Positions 1-10,070 of a stretch of 64,000 nt of DNA are shown piece by piece. The notes beneath the pieces are model-generated. The model was not told the origin of the DNA. It worked only from the letters and a program-made list of their open reading frames with translations, and searched no databases. The stretch is from Bacteroidales bacterium (lineage in GTDB: Bacteria > Bacteroidota > Bacteroidia > Bacteroidales > VadinHA17): positions 3,797 through 67,796 of the forward strand of contig JADGPU010000005.1 of NCBI GenBank assembly GCA_017882305.1. Reading direction: 5' to 3'. Every line of letters begins with the position of its first letter. The first letter of the stretch is position 1. The translations under genes and the position numbers were made by a program.

Positions 1-468
1 TACTGCAACACCGGATGTACGTCCCTGCAAAGCATTACTTACGTTTCCGGTAGGCACAGCCGTGAGTTTGGCAGGTTCAACCGTTCCAATGGAACCGGTC
101 AAATCCCTCCTCCGCTGGGTCGTGTAACCTGTGACCACCACTTCCTGGAGGGCACGTACATCTGAAAGAAGAACTACGTCTATCGCTGTTTGAGTTCCAA
201 CGACCACCTGTTTGGTAGAATAACCAATAGATGAAAATAAAAGTACTGATGTCGGGCCCGGTACTTTAATAGTGTATGCACCATTCAGGTCAGTGATCGC
301 TCCGATTACTGTCCCCTGAACTGTAACGTTTACACCAGGCAGAGGTCCTTCGCCTTCGGCAGAGACCTTCCCTGTGATGGTCTTTTCCTGAGCAAAAATA
401 ATGCTCGAAGAAAGCACCATGCTTAGAAAAAACAGCGCAATGCGCCGTACAATTGTAGAAATTTGCAT
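1..468 (-). CDS. SusC/RagA-type TonB-dependent outer-membrane receptor, N-terminal fragment (continues past window start)
   Basis: Not in the ORF track because it is open at the window edge. Own reverse-strand translation from ATG 468-466: MQISTIVRRIALFFLSMVLSSSIIFAQEKTITGKVSAEGEGPLPGVNVTVQGT..GAYTIKV..LQEVVVTGYTTQRRRDLTGS. This is a signal peptide, a carboxypeptidase-regulatory-like domain and the start of the plug, as in SusC N-termini. Confidence 0.8.
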   Translation of the reverse strand, partial: MQISTIVRRIALFFLSMVLSSSIIFAQEKTITGKVSAEGEGPLPGVNVTVQGTVIGAITDLNGAYTIKVPGPTSVLLFSSIGYSTKQVVVGTQTAIDVVLLSDVRALQEVVVTGYTTQRRRDLTGSIGTVEPAKLTAVPTGNVSNALQGRTSGVAV

Positions 469-540
469 AGTCAGTCGTTTTTAAACATGTTAGTTAAAAG
501 GGTTTATAATATAAAACAAGCATTTTCTTTAATTAACGAT

Positions 541-596
541 AGGTTATAGGTTCACGAATAACGAAGGTAAAAATAAAAATAACAATTACAACAACA
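541..596. repeat. Heptad word array (pairs of related 7-mers)
   Basis: AGGTTAT AGGTTCA CGAATAA CGAAGGT AAAAATA AAAATAA CAATTAC AACAACA, read directly. Confidence 0.7.
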
Positions 597-1019
597 AATT
601 CTCATTTTTTATTCTAAACAAAGAAAAAGTTATGAATTATTGCAGACAAAAGATTGTCTTCAAATATTATACATTAAGTAAGATTAACCGCAATCGAGTG
701 AAATTGAATGCAATTTAGACACAAACTAAATAAGAATATTAATTTTTTATAATAAAATACACAAATACCGCAATGACGTAATACCGGGCTATATAATATA
801 ATGGTATATCCAATAAGTATACTTAATGGTTGTTTTATAAGATTGCTTCGTCGCTTCTCTCCTCGCAGATAAGAACGGACTTTTCGATCAACGATCACTT
901 CATTTTGAAGCCAAATAACGTATATTTGCCACATTAAACTTAGACCGGAAAAATGAAAACCCTCAGCAAATGCAGAGGTTATATAATAATAAGGTATTAT
1001 TTTTTTATAACGGAAATCA

Positions 1020-1697
1020 ATGAAAATATTGATTGTTGAAGATGAACGGAAGGTAGCATCATTTATAAAAAAGGGACTTGAAGAAAACAATTACGATACT
1101 GAAATAGTATATGATGGATTGTCTGCTGAAAAACTTGCCCAGCTCTACAAATATGACCTCTTCATACTTGATATCATAATTCCGGGAATAAGCGGTCTCG
1201 ATTTATGTAAAAAACTTAAAAAGTTAAATTCAAACGTACCGGTGCTGATGCTTACCGCACTGGGGACAACAGATGATAAAATTATTGGATTTGAAGCCGG
1301 TGCAAATGATTATCTTGTTAAACCATTTGAATTCAGGGAACTGCTTGCAAGAGTTAAGGTTTTACTGAAGAGCACGAATCAGTCACACGACACAATAAAC
1401 AAGCTTATCGTCGGTGACCTGGAACTTGATCTGGATAAGAAAATTGCCACCCGGGGAAGTTCGCATATTGATCTGACTGCCAAAGAGTTTTCTTTACTTG
1501 AATACTTTATGAGGAATAGCGGCCGGGTATTATCACGGATCGATATTGCTGAAAAGGTCTGGGATATAAAGTTTGATTTCGGTACAAATGTTGTAGATGT
1601 TTATGTCAACTTCTTACGAAAGAAAATTGATAAGGGATTTGATAATAAACTGATCCATACAAGGGTTGGATTTGGCTATGTTTTTGGAGATTTTTAG
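1020..1697 (+). CDS. OmpR/PhoB-family response regulator
   Basis: Receiver domain with acceptor Asp context (DLFILDIIIPG). C-terminal winged helix (LTAKEFSLLEYFMRNSGRVLSR..VDVYVNFLRKKID). Confidence 0.9.
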   Translation: MKILIVEDERKVASFIKKGLEENNYDTEIVYDGLSAEKLAQLYKYDLFILDIIIPGISGLDLCKKLKKLNSNVPVLMLTALGTTDDKIIGFEAGANDYLVKPFEFRELLARVKVLLKSTNQSHDTINKLIVGDLELDLDKKIATRGSSHIDLTAKEFSLLEYFMRNSGRVLSRIDIAEKVWDIKFDFGTNVVDVYVNFLRKKIDKGFDNKLIHTRVGFGYVFGDF

Positions 1698-1698
1698 A

Positions 1699-3069
1699 AT
1701 GCAGATCAGAACCAGATTAGCTTTGCAGTTTCTCCTGCTTGGAGGAATAATTATGATAATCGCATCAATTGCAATCTATTTTTCTTCGGCCAGCTTCAGG
1801 AAGGAAGACTTTTATAACCGCCTCTGGAATAAAGCCAGGAGCACAGCTAATTTATTGTTTAATGCATCTAAAGTTGATGCAAATCGTGTCCTGGGAATCG
1901 AAAAGAATAATATTGCCAGCCTGCAAAATGAAAAAATAATTATTATCAATTTTAATAATGATGTTGTTTACAGCTCAGATGAAAAGAAGGAAATAGAAAT
2001 CAGGAATAACATACTCGAAAGAGTCAGATTAGGATATAAGGTATACTATAAGCAGTATCCCTTTGAAGTTATAGGTACATTATATTTTACAACTTATGAC
2101 AGGTTTGTTATTATTGCTGCAGCTGTTGACACAGAGGGATCCGCTCGTCTGGGAAAATTGGAGATTATTCTGATAATTGTTTGTCTGATCAGCCTTTTAT
2201 TGTTTTTTATTGCAGGATGGTTCTATTCGGGGAGGGCACTCAAACCTATATCAGATGTGGTAAAAAAGGTAGAAGATATCTCCATAACAAGCCTGAATTT
2301 AAGAGTGGTTGAGGGTAATGGAACTGACGAGATCGGAAGGCTTGCAAAAACATTTAATAAAATGCTTGAACGTCTTGAGACATCATTTGCCATGCAAAAG
2401 GATTTTATTGCAAACGCATCGCATGAACTAAGGACGCCGCTTACTTCCATAAACGGACAACTGGAGGTGTTGATAATGAAAGACCGTTCAACGGCAGAAT
2501 ACAAGTCGGCACTGGCTTCTGTTCTTGATGATATTAAATCCCTGATTGACCTCTCAAACAGGTTACTGCTTATTGCCCGCACAAGCGCAGAGGGTCCGGT
2601 GAATTTAAACAATAAGATCAGGATTGATGAAATTCTGTGGCAGGTCCAGGAGGAAATGAAAAAGTTCAATAATGATTACCATATAAATATTTCAATGGAT
2701 AATTCATTAACCGATTCTGACCAGATGATTGTTATTGGAGACGGATATTTGTTAAAGGTTGCTGTTTCAAATATTATAGAAAATGCATGCAAATTTTCAC
2801 CTGACCATACTGTAAATATAAAATTCCAGCATATCGAGAAATGGATTGAAGTGGTATTTACAGATAGCGGTATTGGTATTTCAGAGGAGGATCTGCTAAA
2901 GATTTTTGAACCTTTTTACCGCGGTGCCAATACAATTTCTATTTCGGGTACGGGGATAGGACTTCCACTTGTTAATCAGATAATTAAAAACCATAATGGT
3001 ATAGTAAAACTCTCATCAAAGATTGGCCAAGGAACTGTTGTTACCGTTTTGCTTCCGACAGTGTCGTAA
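1699..3069 (+). CDS. Sensor histidine kinase (HAMP-HisKA-HATPase)
   Basis: Start moved to ATG 1699 (MQIRTRL), 1 nt after the regulator stop. Two TM segments. H-box FIANASHELRTPL, N-box ENACKFS, G-boxes DSGIGI and GTGIGL. Confidence 0.9.
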   Translation: MQIRTRLALQFLLLGGIIMIIASIAIYFSSASFRKEDFYNRLWNKARSTANLLFNASKVDANRVLGIEKNNIASLQNEKIIIINFNNDVVYSSDEKKEIEIRNNILERVRLGYKVYYKQYPFEVIGTLYFTTYDRFVIIAAAVDTEGSARLGKLEIILIIVCLISLLLFFIAGWFYSGRALKPISDVVKKVEDISITSLNLRVVEGNGTDEIGRLAKTFNKMLERLETSFAMQKDFIANASHELRTPLTSINGQLEVLIMKDRSTAEYKSALASVLDDIKSLIDLSNRLLLIARTSAEGPVNLNNKIRIDEILWQVQEEMKKFNNDYHINISMDNSLTDSDQMIVIGDGYLLKVAVSNIIENACKFSPDHTVNIKFQHIEKWIEVVFTDSGIGISEEDLLKIFEPFYRGANTISISGTGIGLPLVNQIIKNHNGIVKLSSKIGQGTVVTVLLPTVS

Positions 3070-3091
3070 AACTATCATTTTTCTACGAATT

Positions 3092-3366
3092 GAATTAAAT
3101 ATTGTGGTGCGCTGCACCTCAGGTTGTTATTATTTACTGCTTTACTACTCCAAATATTTCGCAGCTCTGCTGCTTATTAGAACCTGAAAGTGCACCGTAA
3201 AATCTGTAGATCAGATGGTTATCGAGAAGGTCAAAATTGAAGAGTACTACAATATTTGTAGAATAGATGGGAACCCTAAAGGTTAGAGGTGCAGAGCACC
3301 GAACTATTTGTAGATTATACAGCAATCATTAAAATATAAGGTGCAGAGCACCGCACTATTTGTATT
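3092..3366. repeat. Six copies of a roughly 27-nt unit (5-bp hairpin GGTGC-NNN-GCACC plus A/T-rich tail), two rightward and four leftward, with 52-55 bp phasing
   Basis: Units end at 3118 and 3173 (one orientation) and at 3210, 3262, 3314 and 3366 (other orientation, exact 52-bp period). 3288-3312 and 3340-3364 are 24/25 identical. Outer copies match at 17-20 of 27. Confidence 0.75.
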
Positions 3367-3717
3367 GAACTGGAAAAAAGGGATAACTAAAAACTTTAAT
3401 CCTTTTTTAATTTTATTTTAATCCTCGTTTAATAGCAGTTGCTTACTATTGCTAATGTTAGTTTTTTAATAAAAGGTTTATAATTATCCTGAATTATTTG
3501 CATAGTCAGGATTCGTTTTTAGGGTTACAGGTTAATATTGTTTAGGTTAGTTTTAGCAGGTAAATGAAGTAGTAGGTTTTACAAATCAGGTCGTAATGTT
3601 TAATGGTATATGAAAATTACTATATTTACGGCCTTTTAATTTGTTCAGCCGGTTTTACAATTTGACTGAAAGTATAAAATAAGAACAATATTATATTAAT
3701 AAAAGATAACCCGAACA

Positions 3718-5427
3718 ATGTTTGTAAAAAATAAGTTTTGCAGCAATTCTTATAAATCGAGGTGCTGCGCTTTGCTTTTAATATTTTTGCTGATAATTTC
3801 CGCCTGCCAATCCAATAAAAAATCTTCATCCGGATCACTGAAACAATCTGCTGCAACCGTACCGGCTTCAAATGGTGACTATTTTCAGGAGATCGGGAAA
3901 GAGATCGGTTTGGATTTTGTTCACTCCATCGGCGACAAAGAACTGAGCAACATCGTTGAATCAAGCGGCGCAGGAGCCGCTTTTCTCGATTATGATCAGG
4001 ATGGGTATATTGATTTATATGTCTGTAGTGGCACATGGCTCAAAGGTTTAAGCAGTGGAGAAAAGCCGGCTGAATTGCCTCATAACCATCTTTATCGCAA
4101 CCGCGGAGATGGCACTTTTGAAGATGTCACAAAAAAAGCAGGTGTGGGCGGTCCGTGGTATAGCATGGGAGTTACCGTCGGAGATTATAATAATGATGGA
4201 TATCCCGATTTATTTGTAAGTAATTACGGAACCAACGTACTTTATAAAAATAATGGGGACGGGACATTTACAGATGTTACCAGGCGAGCCAAAGTCGGTG
4301 GAGGAGAAAATGATTTCAGCGTGGGAGCCGTCTGGCTCGATTACGATAATGACGGTTTCCTCGATCTTTATGTAGGCAATTACCTGAATTTTGATCCTAG
4401 TTATAAATACTATTATGCTCCCGATGGATTTCCAGGCCCGTTAGCCTATGATGCCCAGCCGGATGTTCTTTATCATAATAATGGCGATGGCACCTTTGAA
4501 GACGTTACTAAATCCATGGGTATAACAGATCGCGATGGTAGAGCTATGGGCGTGGGAGCAATTGATTATGATGATGATGGTTTCGTTGATATTTATGTAG
4601 CCAATGACCATTCAATGAATTATCTCTGGCATAATAACGGAGGAAAAGGTTTTACAGACATGGGTACACCGTCAGGCACCGCATTCGGTCAGTCAGGAGA
4701 ATCAGCAGTAAGTATGTCAGTGGATTTTGCAGATTACATTGGCAACGGGTTGATGGATATGTTTGTTTCAGATGATAAGTACTGCAGACTCTATGAAAAT
4801 CTGGGAAATGGGATCTTCTCAGATAGGTCATATACATCAGGGATTGCAATGCCGGCTGGACAATATGTAGGTTGGTCATCTTCTTTTATTGACTATAATA
4901 ATGATGGTCTTGTAGATATATATAAAGCCAACGGTGCATTGAAACATCTTTATGGACAGGAAGATCAGTTATTTGAAAACATAGGAAACGGAAAATTTAA
5001 GGATGTTTCAACAGAGAGCGGCAAATATTTCCTTAAAGAACTTGTCGGGCGTGGCGCATGTTTTGGAGATTATGATAATGATGGGGATATTGACGGCTAT
5101 ATTGTGAATCTTAATGACCGGGGAGCTTTCCTGAGAAACAATAAGGGAAATCAGAATAACTGGATCACTTTGAATTTGATCGGAACAACCAGTAACAGGG
5201 ATGGAATAGGTGCAAGAGTAAAAGTGACTTCCGGGGGTAAGGTGCAGACTGCTCAGAAAAAAAGCACAACAGGTTATCTGTCTCAGAATGATCCCAGAAT
5301 GCATTTTGGACTTGCTAAGAATGAAATGATTGAAAAAATTGAGATAAAATGGCCTTCAGGTAAATTACAGGTGCTTGAAAACATCAAGGTCAATCAGATT
5401 CTCTCTGTCAAAGAACCTCCAAAATAA
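3718..5427 (+). CDS. Exported FG-GAP/VCBS-repeat protein with ASPIC/UnbV C-terminal domain (CRTAC1-like), lipoprotein
   Basis: Lipobox LLIISAC. Repeated DYDQDGYIDLYV / DYNNDGYPDLFV / DYDNDGFLDLYV / DYDDDGFVDIYV units. C-terminal NRDGIGARVKV..GYLSQNDPRMHFGL. Confidence 0.85.
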   Translation: MFVKNKFCSNSYKSRCCALLLIFLLIISACQSNKKSSSGSLKQSAATVPASNGDYFQEIGKEIGLDFVHSIGDKELSNIVESSGAGAAFLDYDQDGYIDLYVCSGTWLKGLSSGEKPAELPHNHLYRNRGDGTFEDVTKKAGVGGPWYSMGVTVGDYNNDGYPDLFVSNYGTNVLYKNNGDGTFTDVTRRAKVGGGENDFSVGAVWLDYDNDGFLDLYVGNYLNFDPSYKYYYAPDGFPGPLAYDAQPDVLYHNNGDGTFEDVTKSMGITDRDGRAMGVGAIDYDDDGFVDIYVANDHSMNYLWHNNGGKGFTDMGTPSGTAFGQSGESAVSMSVDFADYIGNGLMDMFVSDDKYCRLYENLGNGIFSDRSYTSGIAMPAGQYVGWSSSFIDYNNDGLVDIYKANGALKHLYGQEDQLFENIGNGKFKDVSTESGKYFLKELVGRGACFGDYDNDGDIDGYIVNLNDRGAFLRNNKGNQNNWITLNLIGTTSNRDGIGARVKVTSGGKVQTAQKKSTTGYLSQNDPRMHFGLAKNEMIEKIEIKWPSGKLQVLENIKVNQILSVKEPPK

Positions 5428-5434
5428 CCTCTTG

Positions 5435-6862
5435 ATGAAAAAACACAGAACGACCATAGTCTCCTCATTTATAATGGCCATTGGCTTTACCTGCGCCTTT
5501 TTTTCATCCTGCAGGGAAAAGAATAAAGAGGGAATGATTATTTTTACCCGGAGTGCAGTAAAATCAAATAGTACTAACTTCGATAAATCTGATTCATGGA
5601 GGTATATTCCTCAGGCTCAGATTTTGAAATTGGACCCTGAAAAACCTGAAGCGTCTGAAAAAGTCCTTACCACTAATTTCTATTCAGCACACTCTCCTGA
5701 AATATCATATGATGGAAAATATCTGCTTTTTGCTGCCCAGCAAAAACAGAATGATCCCTGGCAGATATGGGAAATGGATCTGAATGATCTGAAATCCAGG
5801 CAGGTGACATCTTCAAAGGAAAACTGTACCGATCCGGCTTATCTGCCTCTCGGACGTATTGTATTCAGCAAATACTCCGCTGACGACACATTGAAAGCCG
5901 GACATTCATTATACATCTGTAATACAGATGGAAGTAACATGAAGCGGATTTCTTTTAATCCATTTTCATATTTAGCATCCAATGTATTAAGTGATGGTCG
6001 TATTCTGACAATCGGGCGGCAGGTATTTCCTGAGCAGGGAGTGCCGGTGTATATGGTTTTAAGACCGGATGGCACTAAGTCAGAATTGTTTTATAAGGGC
6101 GTTGAAGGGGGCAGCTTATTCAGCCCCGGATTGGAAACAAATAATGGCAAATTAGTTTTTATTGAATCAGACAAGAGTAACTTTGGAGAAGGAAATCTGA
6201 TTTCAATAAACTATAACAGACCTTTACATTCAAGAGTAAATCTCTCATCAGAAATTAAAGGTGATTTTCACTCTGTCTTTCCACAGAAGTCCGGTAGACT
6301 CCTGGTGTCTTATCGTAAGTCAGAATCTGACAGGTATGCTCTTTACGAATTTGATCCTGAAAAGAAGGTGCTAGGGAAAGCCATTTATAGCAATAATGAC
6401 TATGATGTGCTTGAAGTGGTCATAACAGGAAAACATGAAAGACCAAAGAAACTTCCCAGTGAGGTGGATATGGGAGTAAAAACAGGATTATTGCTTTGCC
6501 AGGATATCAATATCCTGGATATGCGACCATCAGCTACCTTTTCTAAATCTTCAAAAATTAAGATCGTGGGAATAGACTCAACACTCGGATCTGTCGACGT
6601 AGCCGAGGATGGATCTTTCTATTTAAAAGTCAGGGCTGACAAGCCTTTTCAGATTCAGACTGTTGATAAAGATGGCCATATTTTACGCAGCCCATGCGGC
6701 TGGATCTGGTTACGCCCTAACGAGCGTCGCGGATGTGTTGGCTGTCACGAAGATCCTGAGCTGGTGCCGGCGAACAGAGTCCCTCTGTCAGTTAAAAAAT
6801 CGCCGGTTATTATACCGATGCATATAAATAAGGTTGTCGAGAAAAAGGTTTCATTGGAATAG
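5435..6862 (+). CDS. Lipoprotein with TolB/PD40-like propeller region and a C-terminal CXXCH haem motif
   Basis: Start moved to ATG 5435 (MKKHRTTIVSSFIMAIGFTCAFFSSC lipobox). PD40-like SPEISYDGKYLLFAAQ..WQIWEMDL. C-terminal RGCVGCHEDPE. Confidence 0.6.
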   Translation: MKKHRTTIVSSFIMAIGFTCAFFSSCREKNKEGMIIFTRSAVKSNSTNFDKSDSWRYIPQAQILKLDPEKPEASEKVLTTNFYSAHSPEISYDGKYLLFAAQQKQNDPWQIWEMDLNDLKSRQVTSSKENCTDPAYLPLGRIVFSKYSADDTLKAGHSLYICNTDGSNMKRISFNPFSYLASNVLSDGRILTIGRQVFPEQGVPVYMVLRPDGTKSELFYKGVEGGSLFSPGLETNNGKLVFIESDKSNFGEGNLISINYNRPLHSRVNLSSEIKGDFHSVFPQKSGRLLVSYRKSESDRYALYEFDPEKKVLGKAIYSNNDYDVLEVVITGKHERPKKLPSEVDMGVKTGLLLCQDINILDMRPSATFSKSSKIKIVGIDSTLGSVDVAEDGSFYLKVRADKPFQIQTVDKDGHILRSPCGWIWLRPNERRGCVGCHEDPELVPANRVPLSVKKSPVIIPMHINKVVEKKVSLE

Positions 6863-6864
6863 AT

Positions 6865-8889
6865 ATGAAGGCATCAAGAATAATATCGGTAATAGTGTTT
6901 TTATCAGTTCTCGGATTGATTATCTATTTCACGGGAGGAAAATGGGCCAGGACACATGTTAATTATATAACTGCCACTGGGGACCATCCGCTAAATTGTC
7001 TCTCGTGTCATCTTTACACGCAAAAAAGCGGATTTATTTATAAACTGGTTAACAAAAAGTATCTGTCGCCCTTTAATCTGGCTGTTTCGAAAGATGGCAG
7101 CAGGCTGTATGTTGTAGCTCAGGAGGATAATTCCTTATTGGTTGTCGACCCACAAAAACGCAAGGTTCTGAATAGAATAAGTGTAGGCAATCTTCCACAT
7201 AGTGTGATTCTCACCAATGACGGGCAAAAAGCTTATGTAAGCAATCAATGGTCAGATAATGTGTCGGTTATAGACTTAGCTTCAGCGAAAGTAATCGATA
7301 CACTGAATACAGGAAATGGCCCTGCCGGACTTTCTCTGAGCGCAGACGGTAAATTTCTGTATGTCGTCGATTCATACTCTTCAAATATTTCTGTTATTGA
7401 TCTTAATACGGGAGAAGAACGGAAAAGATTTAATTCAGGAAATAATCCTACTGGAGCTGAATTGTCTCCTGATGGAAAGACTTTGTACGTAACGAGCAGG
7501 CGTGCTCTTATTGCACCTTACGGAGAAACTATTGAGACTGAACTAACAGTTGTTGATGAGGGCATACAAAGAATCAGAGATCGCCGTAACATCGAATCAG
7601 CATATATGATGGAAAATGTTGCCTTCACCCCTACCGGTGATATGGCGATGATTACGATGATCAGACCCAAAAACCTGGTACCATCTATCCAGGTAGAACA
7701 AGGTTGGATGATGACTTACGGACTCACTATTATAGAGCAGAAAGAGAATGGCAGGGTAATTCAACTATTACTCGATGAGCCAAATGCTTATTATTCCGAT
7801 CCGTTTGATATAGTTATCACACCCGATGGTAAAAAAGCTTTTATATCTCATTCGGGTGTTAATACAATAAGTGTGGTTAATATCGATTCTGTCAGATCAT
7901 TGATTTCTAAATCCTCACCTGAACAGTTAAATTCCTATTCCAACAATCTGGGAATCAGTAGCAGGTATGTTATTAAGCGCATAAAAACCGGCGCAGATCC
8001 AAAAGGGCTAGCTCTCTCATCTGACGGAAGACTTCTATATGTTGCTGAACAACTTGAGGACAGGATCTCAGTGATAAATACCGAAAGCCTTGAAACTGTT
8101 GGGTCCATCAAGCTCGGTGGTCCGCGGATAGTCACCGTAGCAAGGCAGGGCCGAAGGCTTTTCAATAATTCAGGACACACCTTTCAGAATCAGTTTGACT
8201 GCTATACCTGCCATCCCGATATGCATGAGGATGGGTTGGTATACAATATGGCATCAAAGGACATGGGGCGAAATCTTACAAATACTCAGTCTCTGCGCGA
8301 TATTGGAGATACACCTCCATATAAATGGAATGGTAAAAATCAGACTGTTTATAAACAGGACGGGATGCGTTTTTCCACAGTTCTTACAAGAACAGAACAA
8401 TTTAATTATAAGGATCTTGATGCACTCACTGCCTATATAATTACCGGAATACCTTATCCGCCGAATCTTCAGTATAATCCAAACGGGGAATTAACCGAAT
8501 CACAACTTCGTGGTAAGGCTATGTTTGAACGTACAAAGGATAGCTATGGAAATGTTATCCCTGAAAACAACCGTTGCATAACCTGTCATACACCTCCTTA
8601 TTATACAAATCTGAAAATGGCATATGTTAAAACACTTGCAGTAACTGATGATTCCATGCTGTTTGACACTCCCCACCTTAATAATATATATGCTTCGCCA
8701 CCTTATTTACATGACGGGCGCGCGGCTACTCTCGAAGAGATATGGACAAAGTACGGGACGGAAGATAGGCATGGACGGATCAATGATATGACAAAAAATC
8801 AATTGAATGACCTGGTTGATTATCTGAAATCCCTGAGAGCTCCCACATATGATAATATTGTTACAAAGAAGTTTCATGCTAAAAACTAA
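6865..8889 (+). CDS. Membrane-anchored YVTN beta-propeller fused to a cytochrome c peroxidase/MauG-like di-haem domain (three CXXCH)
   Basis: N-terminal TM helix. CLSCH, CYTCH and CITCH motifs. YVTN-type repeats LYVVAQEDNSLLVVD, AYVSNQWSDNVSVIDL, LYVVDSYSSNISVIDL, LYVAEQLEDRISVIN. CCP-like PPYLHDGRAATLEE. Confidence 0.75.
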   Translation: MKASRIISVIVFLSVLGLIIYFTGGKWARTHVNYITATGDHPLNCLSCHLYTQKSGFIYKLVNKKYLSPFNLAVSKDGSRLYVVAQEDNSLLVVDPQKRKVLNRISVGNLPHSVILTNDGQKAYVSNQWSDNVSVIDLASAKVIDTLNTGNGPAGLSLSADGKFLYVVDSYSSNISVIDLNTGEERKRFNSGNNPTGAELSPDGKTLYVTSRRALIAPYGETIETELTVVDEGIQRIRDRRNIESAYMMENVAFTPTGDMAMITMIRPKNLVPSIQVEQGWMMTYGLTIIEQKENGRVIQLLLDEPNAYYSDPFDIVITPDGKKAFISHSGVNTISVVNIDSVRSLISKSSPEQLNSYSNNLGISSRYVIKRIKTGADPKGLALSSDGRLLYVAEQLEDRISVINTESLETVGSIKLGGPRIVTVARQGRRLFNNSGHTFQNQFDCYTCHPDMHEDGLVYNMASKDMGRNLTNTQSLRDIGDTPPYKWNGKNQTVYKQDGMRFSTVLTRTEQFNYKDLDALTAYIITGIPYPPNLQYNPNGELTESQLRGKAMFERTKDSYGNVIPENNRCITCHTPPYYTNLKMAYVKTLAVTDDSMLFDTPHLNNIYASPPYLHDGRAATLEEIWTKYGTEDRHGRINDMTKNQLNDLVDYLKSLRAPTYDNIVTKKFHAKN

Positions 8890-8909
8890 TCTAATAAAGA
8901 AAGATAATC

Positions 8910-10070
8910 ATGAGAAAAACATTACAAAAGAATAGCTTGCAAAAAGCAGTTGCAGTCATTCTTTGTGGTATTTGTTCCGTTGCAGTTATTAATTCTCAGC
9001 CAATAGCTGAAAAAAGTACTGTCAAGACTAATCCTAAAGATGACATAAAGCCAATGCCTGTTTATGGTCATTGGAAGAATTTCACAACAAAAGAAGGATT
9101 GCCTAACGATCATGCTTATTGCGTTCGTATTGATGGAAAGCGTGTATTAGTGGGAACACATGAGGGTATGGCAGTATATGAGGATGGGAAGTGGACAACC
9201 TATACAACAAAAGACGGATTAGCTCATAACGGAGTTGTTTCAATAGATGTCAGTGAACTTACCGGTGATGTATGGATTGGAACATTGGGAGGACTAAACC
9301 GTTGGTCAGCCGGTAAATTTGAGACTTTTAATCAACTAAACAGTGGTCTGCCTAATGATCTGGTCTATTGCGTTTATTGTGACGGGAAAGATGTTTGGAC
9401 TGCCACAGGAGGTGGCGCTGGTCATTATGATACTTATACAAAACAGTGGGAAATTTTCACAGAAAAGAACGCGCCTATGCATGAACCATGGACTTATGGT
9501 GTCTCTGCCGGTGACGGAAAAATTTTTATTGCAGCATGGGGAGGCGGAGTAATTGAATACACTACTAAAACAAAACAATTCAAGGATTATACCGACCCTG
9601 ATGGTGAAATGGAAATAGATCTTCTTCCCGATGATGGCCCGGTTCATGACATAACAACCGGAACTACTTATGGAGATGGTCTTTTATGGGTATCGACATA
9701 TTTTGGTTTAAGCAGTTACGATGGTACACATTGGAAGGGCTACTTTGACCACGACAGCGGCCTGGCAAGTAATTTTATCAATTTTGTAAGAGCAAAGGGG
9801 CCTGTCGTTTTTATTTGCAGTGACAAGGGATTAAGTAGTACGAATGGAAAAAGCTGGGTAACTTATAAGAAGAATGACAAAAACGGTGATGGTGTGGCTA
9901 TTATAAAAAATTATGGCCGTATTGATGATAGTACAGTCGATAAAACTACCAAAGAACTACCAATGGCCCCATGCGTTGCTCATAATTTTGTAATCGGTGT
10001 CGATGCAGATGATCAGTTCCTCTGGGTTGCAACTGAGGGAGGTGTAAGTCGCGGAGAGTTACTGAAATAG
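8910..10070 (+). CDS. Secreted two-component-regulator-propeller (Reg_prop)-like beta-propeller protein
   Basis: Signal peptide. Repeated GLPNDxxYCV..G..W.GT..G motifs (GLPNDHAYCVRIDGKRVLVGTHEGM, GLAHNGVVSIDV..VWIGTLGGLNRW, GLPNDLVYCVYCDGKDVW). Confidence 0.6.
   Translation: MRKTLQKNSLQKAVAVILCGICSVAVINSQPIAEKSTVKTNPKDDIKPMPVYGHWKNFTTKEGLPNDHAYCVRIDGKRVLVGTHEGMAVYEDGKWTTYTTKDGLAHNGVVSIDVSELTGDVWIGTLGGLNRWSAGKFETFNQLNSGLPNDLVYCVYCDGKDVWTATGGGAGHYDTYTKQWEIFTEKNAPMHEPWTYGVSAGDGKIFIAAWGGGVIEYTTKTKQFKDYTDPDGEMEIDLLPDDGPVHDITTGTTYGDGLLWVSTYFGLSSYDGTHWKGYFDHDSGLASNFINFVRAKGPVVFICSDKGLSSTNGKSWVTYKKNDKNGDGVAIIKNYGRIDDSTVDKTTKELPMAPCVAHNFVIGVDADDQFLWVATEGGVSRGELLK

Noticed and set aside
674-1090. 138-aa minus-strand ORF upstream of and overlapping the response-regulator start.
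   Set aside because: It lies in very AT-rich promoter DNA, has a low-complexity Phe/Ile/Tyr-rich composition, and overlaps the well-supported regulator gene. It reads as a spurious ORF.
3134-3325. 63-aa minus-strand ORF in the long spacer.
   Set aside because: Its sequence is simply the translation of the hairpin repeats (..IVRCSAPL.. / ..FYGAL..). There is no start context and no recognisable fold.
3184-3366. Mini CRISPR array: four direct repeats of about 27 nt with an exact 52-bp period, a degenerate distal end and an AT-rich leader-like tract at 3367-3480.
   Set aside because: Only two repeats are well conserved and the spacers would be only about 25 nt. Two inverted copies of the same unit sit immediately to the left (3092-3173), which CRISPR arrays do not show. 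There are no cas genes in the window. Kept as a phased repeat array with CRISPR as a low-probability alternative.
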